From contig JASGJH010000001.1 of assembly GCA_047601445.1 (NCBI GenBank), positions 3,040,001 through 3,104,000 of the forward strand: a DNA stretch of 64,000 bases. The letters are read 5' to 3'. The stretch is from Myxococcales bacterium (GTDB lineage Bacteria; Myxococcota_A; Polyangia; Polyangiales; DASUME01). The translations under genes and the position numbers were made by a program. The notes under the pieces were generated by a model that did not search any database, was not told the origin of the DNA, and worked only from the letters and a program-made list of their open reading frames with translations. Below are positions 58,235-64,000 of the stretch, one piece after another. How positions within the stretch are numbered: position 1 is the first letter of the stretch; every line of letters begins with the position of its first letter.

Positions 58235-58858
58235 TCAGTTCTCTTCTTCGCTCGGCGTCGGGATGCCCAGCTCTTCTTCGCGCTCGCGGACCATCTGCTG
58301 GACCGCTTGCCGCGAGACGCTCAACAGGCGGGCCGCACCGCTACGGCTGCCCTCGGCCTTGGCGAGCGCTTGTTCGACCATCACGCGTCGAACCTCGGTT
58401 TGCAGCTCACGCATCGGCGTGCGCCCAACGCTCGCGGCCACGAGGGCCTCGATGCGAGGCGCCTCGCTCAGCGCTTTCTGCACGCGCTCCGCGAGCAGCT
58501 CCACCTGGAACGGCTTTTCGAGGAAGGCTCGGCAGCCGACCTGCGCCAGGCGGAACGCATCCTCGGTCGACGTCTGACCGCTCACCGCGATCGCCACGGG
58601 GGCCGGGCGCCGGGTCGAGGCCAGCTCGAGGAGCTGGAACGCGTCCCCATCGGGGAGCGCAACGTCCGTGATTAAAAGATCGGGATTCTCCTGAAGTAGT
58701 TCGATTCCCTCGTGAATTGATCCGGCTTCGCTGACTTGGGCTCCCCACTGCCGCACCACACGAGCCAACGAACGCCTCAGCGTTTCATCATCCTCGACGA
58801 TCAGCACTCTCTTGAGCTGAGCGAGAGAGTTTTTGCCGCCCTGCTTGGGCTCCTGCAT
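58235..58858 (-). CDS. Response regulator, receiver plus Fis-type HTH (RegA/ActR-like architecture)
   Basis: VLIVEDD, ITDVALPDG, VSG, LEKP; HTH SGAARLLSVSRQAV; no AAA+ domain. Confidence 0.92.
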   Translation of the reverse strand: MQEPKQGGKNSLAQLKRVLIVEDDETLRRSLARVVRQWGAQVSEAGSIHEGIELLQENPDLLITDVALPDGDAFQLLELASTRRPAPVAIAVSGQTSTEDAFRLAQVGCRAFLEKPFQVELLAERVQKALSEAPRIEALVAASVGRTPMRELQTEVRRVMVEQALAKAEGSRSGAARLLSVSRQAVQQMVREREEELGIPTPSEEEN

Positions 58859-58880
58859 ATCGCCCCCAGTTGTTTCCCGA

Positions 58881-58910
58881 CGAAGTGGGCGGGTCCGCCC
58901 ACGAGCTCAC
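58881..58910. repeat. Dispersed palindromic element, copy 2
   Basis: cgaagtgggcgggtccgcccacgagctcac with perfect 8-bp arms gtgggcgg/ccgcccac. Confidence 0.7.
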
Positions 58911-59209
58911 TCCAAACACATCGAAGCTCGCGCGACCGCGAGCGAGCAACACGCGGCAGAGAGGAGAAGCGCACCTCACTCCGCAGGTCCTCTATTCTCA
59001 AGAGAAAAGTCGGTTGCGGCAAGGTTGTTTGGACGACCACGCAAAATAGGGTGGCAGCCAGAACGACGTTGGCGCCGGTGAGCCACTTAACATCGATGCA
59101 AGATTTCGAGCACGTGAATTGGTGAACGTTAGTACCATTGCGGAGTCGAAGTCGAAGTCTGCGGTGTTCGGTCCGAAAGCAGTCGTAGTCCTTCACCGAC
59201 GGGGAGCTT

Positions 59210-59551
59210 ATGGCGTTTCGAGAAAACCTGGAGCGGATGGCCCGAATCTACGAAGGTGTTGCGATCTTCAGCGTGGAGCGCGGCAGCACCACCCACCGCG
59301 CGGGGATACGTGCGGGTGATATCCTGATGTCGGTCAATGGGCGTCGAATCCGACACCATTCGGAGTACAGTCAAGCGCGCCGTCTGCGTGCCGAGTGTAT
59401 CGAGCTGGTTGTCATGCGACAGGGACGGGAACTGCGCCTGTGGGCGGCGGGCGCTGCGAGCTCCGCCAAGACCGAAGAGACAGTGGTGGAGGCACCGACA
59501 GAGGTGCCCTCGACCACGATCGCCAGCGTCACCTGGCGCGGCGCGGCCTGA
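59210..59551 (+). CDS. Small stand-alone PDZ-domain protein
   Basis: GVAIFSVERGS...RAGIRAGDILMSVNG...ELVVMRQG; GGGGAG RBS. Confidence 0.8.
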   Translation: MAFRENLERMARIYEGVAIFSVERGSTTHRAGIRAGDILMSVNGRRIRHHSEYSQARRLRAECIELVVMRQGRELRLWAAGAASSAKTEETVVEAPTEVPSTTIASVTWRGAA

Positions 59552-59573
59552 GATTCGGGGTCCGAGCGCCCTG

Positions 59574-61271
59574 CTACTCGGGCCCGACGACCTGCGAAAG
59601 TACGCGTCCGGAGCTGCCGTTGGGCGGCTGAACGCGCGCCAGCCGGGCCAAAGTCGGCGCGATATCCCGCGGATCGGCCGGCTCCCCGATACGGCCCTGC
59701 GGCAGACCCAGGCCCCAGAACGCCACGGGTACGGCCCGATCGAAGAGGTAAGGCGTGCCGTGCATGGCGGCGAGGTCCGCGGGATCGGTGGCCTGGATCC
59801 ACCCCGGGTCCGGCACCAAGTACACATGACCGGTGCGCTCGGCGTCGAAACTCATGCGCACGCGCTGCTCGATCTCGTTGTCCGGTAGGCGATTGCGCAA
59901 CAGATCGGAGCGCGTGATGGCCCGCGCGATCCCCGGTCGGGCCAAAACGAGCTCCGCCACCATGCGCTCGGCATCCTCCATCGAGAGCCCCCGCGCCTTC
60001 ACCTTGGCCTCGTCGAGCCAAAGGCAAGGATTCGCGAACGCCGACACGAAGTCCCCGCTCGCGCCGAGCTGTGCCACGAGCTGAGAGTTGAGCTCCTGGA
60101 CCAGTTGTGTGCCAGCTGGATGACGCCCCGCCGGCAAGCCCAGGGAGAGGAGGTGTTCGGGGGTCTCCGAGATTCCGTGATCCGCGCTCAGGGCGACTAC
60201 CAGGCGCTGCTCCTCGACACGCTGCAACAAGAGATCGAACAGGCGCGCGATGACGCGATCGAGACGCACCAGGTTGTCTTCGGCCTCGAGGCTCTCCGGA
60301 CCGAAGGCGTGGCCGACGATGTCGGTGGAGGAAAAGCTAATCGCCAGGAGATCCGTTGCGTCGTCTCGCCCCAATGGCTCCGCTTCCAGCAGCGCGGTTA
60401 CCAGATCGAGCGTGAGCTCGTCGCCGAAGGGACTGTGCTTGATGGCCGAGTATCGCACGCGGGGTTCGGTGCCCGTGAGGGTGTGCGGGAAGGCGGTGCC
60501 ATCGGCTGCATGCAGAGCTTTCTCGAACGGACGCGCGTCGCGGGCGCGATTGCGGTAGGACTCGGGCGGCAGGAGCAAGCTCCATTGCAGGGGAAAGCGC
60601 GCGAGCGGGTCATGCGCGAGGAACGTGCCGAGCCATCCAGGCAACTCGGGGTAGTAGTAGCTGCTGGTGACATAGCGACCGCTGGCCTCCTCGTACCAGA
60701 AGGCCTTGCCCGCGTGGCCGGCAGGCAAGATCGCGGCGCGATCCTTGATGGACACGGAGAACACCAGGGCGGCTCCGTCACTGGCGAGCTCGAGCTGATC
60801 GCCCAACGTGCTCACGCGCAGCGCATCCGGTGAGGCCCCCGCTGCTGGCTTCGCGGCGCCCAGGAGAGGATAGCGGGCATCCTCGACCGACGTGCGCTTG
60901 TGTCCCGCCTCGAGCCACTCGTTGCCGACGATGCCGTGCATTGAGGGCAGCGCCCCCGTGAACAAGGTGGCGTGCCCAACCGCCGTCTCCGTGATGGCGT
61001 GAGCATAGTGTGCATTGTGGAAGAAGAGGCCGTCGTCGAGGAAGCGCCTGAGTCCCCCGGCCACGAACCGGTCGGCGTAGCGGGTCAACAGGTCCGTGCG
61101 CAGCTGATCCACCGTCACCTGCACGATCAGCTTGGGTGGCTCGGGAGGGCGTTGCTCGGAGACGGGCGCCTGCAGAACGCGCGGAACGGCCGCCGGCGTG
61201 GCACAACTCCCCAACATCGCGGCAAGCGCCGTCGTGATTGCGAGCCCCAGCACATCCGTGCGAGTTGCCAT
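59574..61271 (-). CDS. Alkaline phosphatase superfamily lipoprotein (PafA/PhoK-like)
   Basis: VTVDQLR, Thr nucleophile TETAVGHATL, HGIVGNEW, SIKDRAAIL, DIVGHAFGP, SADHG, HGTPY; lipobox LGSC. Confidence 0.92.
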   Translation of the reverse strand: MATRTDVLGLAITTALAAMLGSCATPAAVPRVLQAPVSEQRPPEPPKLIVQVTVDQLRTDLLTRYADRFVAGGLRRFLDDGLFFHNAHYAHAITETAVGHATLFTGALPSMHGIVGNEWLEAGHKRTSVEDARYPLLGAAKPAAGASPDALRVSTLGDQLELASDGAALVFSVSIKDRAAILPAGHAGKAFWYEEASGRYVTSSYYYPELPGWLGTFLAHDPLARFPLQWSLLLPPESYRNRARDARPFEKALHAADGTAFPHTLTGTEPRVRYSAIKHSPFGDELTLDLVTALLEAEPLGRDDATDLLAISFSSTDIVGHAFGPESLEAEDNLVRLDRVIARLFDLLLQRVEEQRLVVALSADHGISETPEHLLSLGLPAGRHPAGTQLVQELNSQLVAQLGASGDFVSAFANPCLWLDEAKVKARGLSMEDAERMVAELVLARPGIARAITRSDLLRNRLPDNEIEQRVRMSFDAERTGHVYLVPDPGWIQATDPADLAAMHGTPYLFDRAVPVAFWGLGLPQGRIGEPADPRDIAPTLARLARVQPPNGSSGRVLSQVVGPE

Positions 61272-61323
61272 GGTGGGTTGATATCACGGGCAGCGTGCGG
61301 CATCCCGTGACACCTCTTAGGCG

Positions 61324-62088
61324 GTGAGCGCATACGACGCGGCGATGCTGGTGGTGCTGGTGTTCGCGGGCATTGCGGCAGGCTGGATCAATACGGTGGC
61401 GGGCGGAGGCAGCATGCTCACGGTGCCCGCTTTGATGTGGTGCGGCCTCCCGGTGGACCTGGCCAACGGCACGAGCCGCATCGCGATCCTGGCCCAGGGC
61501 GTCACGGCCGTGGCCGGCTTCCGGCGCCACAACACCCTCGACGACACCAGACTGCTCACGGAGATCGCCGTCCCCAACGTGGTGGGCGCCGTCATCGGGG
61601 CCTTCGTGGCGACGCTGATTCCGAACGCGGTGTTCAAGCCGATTCTGATCGGAGCCCTGCTGCTGATGGCTTTCAGCCTGTTCCTGAAGCCCGAATCGTT
61701 CCTGCCTCCCGAGGGCAGCGTCCCGCTGCGCCCGAGCCAGCGCCCAAGCGCCGTGCTGGCGCTCCTGTTTAGCGGGTTCTACGGCGGGTTCCTGCAGGCG
61801 GGGGTGGGCTTCGTGTTGTTGGCCGTGTTCGCGGGGATGCTGCGCATCGACCTGGTGCGGGGCAACGGGCTCAAGGTCGCCGTGGTGTTCGTCTACAGCG
61901 TGGTGGTGGTGCTGGTCTTCGCGGCGCGGTCGCGGGTGGACTACGCCTACGGCGCGCTGCTCGCGCTGGGACAGGTGGTGGGCGCCGAGGCCGGCGTACG
62001 CTTCTCGGTCAAGCGTGGCCAAGGGGCCATCAAAAAAGTGGTGTTCGTCATGATCATCGTCAGTGGCGTATCGCTGTTCTTCCGTTAG
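61324..62088 (+). CDS. TauE/SafE family (TSUP) membrane transporter
   Basis: AGWINTVAGGGS, ANGT, GFYGGFLQAGVG, NGLK. Confidence 0.92.
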   Translation: MSAYDAAMLVVLVFAGIAAGWINTVAGGGSMLTVPALMWCGLPVDLANGTSRIAILAQGVTAVAGFRRHNTLDDTRLLTEIAVPNVVGAVIGAFVATLIPNAVFKPILIGALLLMAFSLFLKPESFLPPEGSVPLRPSQRPSAVLALLFSGFYGGFLQAGVGFVLLAVFAGMLRIDLVRGNGLKVAVVFVYSVVVVLVFAARSRVDYAYGALLALGQVVGAEAGVRFSVKRGQGAIKKVVFVMIIVSGVSLFFR

Positions 62089-62151
62089 CAACCATGGCAC
62101 CTCGAAACTTGACGCAGCGGGCCAGAGGTCCATGCTTCGGCCGAGTCGGAG

Positions 62152-63384
62152 GTGGGTGTGGTCCCCGTTCCGTTGATCATCGCCCTGGTCGGATCTGCCG
62201 CGGGGCTCCTGTTCGCAAGCGTCTCGACCTATGACTTCGTGGCCCATCTGGATCGCCAGGTGCACGGGCTGCATTGCTCGTTGTTGCCCGGTATCGGCAC
62301 CCCCGACGCCACGGGCACCAGCGGCTGCCATGTGACCCTGATGAGTCCGTACTCGTCGGTGCTACGCGAGTCCGTTTGGGGTGGAATCCCGATTTCCTTG
62401 CCGGCGATGGCGGTCTTCGCCTTCCTGCTCTTTTGGGGCGCCCTGTTGTGGCTCACCAACCGTACGCGGGACGAGCGGGCCACCGGCTTCTACGCGCTGG
62501 CGACGGGAGTCCCGGCGTTGACCTCTCTGGTGATGGCGATCATCTCGCTGAGCGCGCTCGATGCCGTGTGCAAGGTGTGCCTCGGCATCTACCTCTCGAG
62601 CATCCTCTGCGTGGTGGGCGCGGTCCTGACTTGGCTGCGAGCGCGCCGTGCAGCCGGGCAACCCGTGAGCATGCCTGGTGAAGAAGCCCAACGGATGTCC
62701 CTTGGCGCCCTCGGGGTCGCCTTCCTGGTGGGCTGCCTGTTCGTGACCGTGTCGGTGGTGGCCTACGCCGCAAGCGCGCCCAACTTCGAGAAATACGCGG
62801 GCACCTGCGGCAAGCTCGCCAAGCTCACCGATCCTTCGCGCGTGCTGGTCCCGCTGGGCGGCCAGGGCACGGGCCCCCAGGTGCTGGAGGTGCTCGACCC
62901 GCTGTGTCCGGCCTGTCGGGCCTTCGAGCGCCGCTTCTCGGGCCTGTCGATCAGCGAGACCGCCAACCGCCAGGCCATGCTCTTCCCCCTCGACAGCAGC
63001 TGCAACTGGATGGTGGAGAGCGCGGTGCACCCCGGAGCCTGCAGCGTCAGCGAGGCCATGCTGTGCGCCGGCGACAAGGCGCGCGACGTTTTGGAGTGGG
63101 CCTTCGAAGAGCAAGAGAACATCGTGGCCGCGGAGAAGGCTCAGGCAGGCAGCGCCGCCAAGCTAGCCGTGGCCAAGTTTCCCTCGCTGGCGGGCTGCGT
63201 CGGCTCCACCAAGATCAAGGCGCGCCTCAACAAGGCCCTGCGTTGGGCGGTGGACAACCAGCTGCCCGTGCTCACGCCTCAGCTCTACGTGAACGGCACG
63301 CGCCTGTGCGACGCCGACACGGACCTGGGACTCGACTACATGCTTGCCCGCCTGGCCGAGAAGCCCAGCGCAGGAACGCCATAG
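62152..63384 (+). CDS. VKOR - DsbA/thioredoxin fusion protein
   Basis: VKOR loop Cys pair (HCS...GCHV.LMSPYS), GIP, CKVC; thioredoxin DPLCPAC, FPLDSSCN, cis-Pro TPQLYVNG. Confidence 0.9.
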   Translation: MGVVPVPLIIALVGSAAGLLFASVSTYDFVAHLDRQVHGLHCSLLPGIGTPDATGTSGCHVTLMSPYSSVLRESVWGGIPISLPAMAVFAFLLFWGALLWLTNRTRDERATGFYALATGVPALTSLVMAIISLSALDAVCKVCLGIYLSSILCVVGAVLTWLRARRAAGQPVSMPGEEAQRMSLGALGVAFLVGCLFVTVSVVAYAASAPNFEKYAGTCGKLAKLTDPSRVLVPLGGQGTGPQVLEVLDPLCPACRAFERRFSGLSISETANRQAMLFPLDSSCNWMVESAVHPGACSVSEAMLCAGDKARDVLEWAFEEQENIVAAEKAQAGSAAKLAVAKFPSLAGCVGSTKIKARLNKALRWAVDNQLPVLTPQLYVNGTRLCDADTDLGLDYMLARLAEKPSAGTP

Positions 63385-63394
63385 GAGGCCGAAC

Positions 63395-64000
63395 GTGGGA
63401 CGCACCGTTGCCATCACTTTGGGCTTTCTGCTGCTCATCCTGCCGGCCGTCTTGGTGTCGAGCTGGGTGAGCAGTGCCGAGGGACGCCTTGCGGAGAGCG
63501 AAGCCGCCGAGAGCCAGAACCCGCAGGCCGTGGCCGTGGCCGCCGAAGCCAACGAGTCCTACTGCACGCCCGAGCTGAAGCAGATCCTGCGCCGCGTGCT
63601 GGCGAGCTGCGGGTTGATCGGTGCGTCCGGTGGCCGCGGCTGTCAGCCCCTCGAAGCCAAGAACGTGGCCACCATGGACGGCAACGACTTCAATGCCCTG
63701 TTCCTGCCCATGCAGAAGCGCGGAGGCATCGTGCAGTTCGACCTCAACTCGAGCGCGCTCGATCCCAGCGACACGGGGCTGGTCGACAAGGTCTTCGCGG
63801 ATCGCGGGGGCGCCAGCTACTTCTTCGTGGTCTCGCGCGCGTCCCAGGACGGCTCCACCGAGAAGAACCGCGAGCTCTCCAAGGAACGCGCGAACGCCGT
63901 GATGTCCCACCTGAGCACCACGTTCCAGGATCCCGATCTCGACAAGCAAGTGGGCCTGTTGTGGTTGGGCGAAGAGTACGCCCAGCTCGACCCGAGCTTC
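63395..64000 (+). CDS. Membrane-anchored OmpA-like domain protein (runs off the window edge)
   Basis: Not in the ORF track; my translation from GTG 63395 (GGAGG RBS) gives an N-terminal hydrophobic helix, YCTPELK...SCGL...GCQP, then VQFDLNSSAL...RASQDGSTEKNRELSKERANAV. Confidence 0.8.
   Translation, partial: MGRTVAITLGFLLLILPAVLVSSWVSSAEGRLAESEAAESQNPQAVAVAAEANESYCTPELKQILRRVLASCGLIGASGGRGCQPLEAKNVATMDGNDFNALFLPMQKRGGIVQFDLNSSALDPSDTGLVDKVFADRGGASYFFVVSRASQDGSTEKNRELSKERANAVMSHLSTTFQDPDLDKQVGLLWLGEEYAQLDPSF

Overview
High-GC (roughly two-thirds by eye), gene-dense bacterial chromosome segment. The gene content points to a myxobacterium (Myxococcota, probably Polyangiales-like; inference): several eukaryote-like Ser/Thr kinases, a CorE-type Cys-rich ECF sigma factor, an AgmX/PglI-like domain, Cys-rich lipoproteins and futalosine-pathway mqnD. 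About 54 CDS are supported, mostly housekeeping (bioB partial, alaS, recN, amtB, sahR-ahcY, proS, mqnD, cyaY, pyrE, pntA-alpha1, purB-purC, guaB, corA) mixed with envelope, signalling and lipid genes. I see no rRNA, tRNA, CRISPR array, transposase, integrase or phage genes. Main leads: (1) a full-length eukaryote-type DHCR24/DWF1 sterol side-chain reductase homologue near a FadL-like porin and a 16-Cys lipoprotein; (2) a CorE-type metal-responsive sigma factor coupled to an AI-2E transporter; (3) a VKOR-DsbA fusion coupled to a Cys-containing OmpA-like protein; (4) a pseudokinase and a non-RD coiled-coil kinase; (5) a ~30-bp palindromic element present at two loci 18 kb apart; (6) a 14-bp-period array at the alaS stop; (7) an apparent +1 frameshift in a lipoprotein gene; (8) repeated leaderless-type promoters. 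All family calls are from motif recognition and recalled sequences, not from searches. Several start codons were moved from the ORF track and are uncertain.
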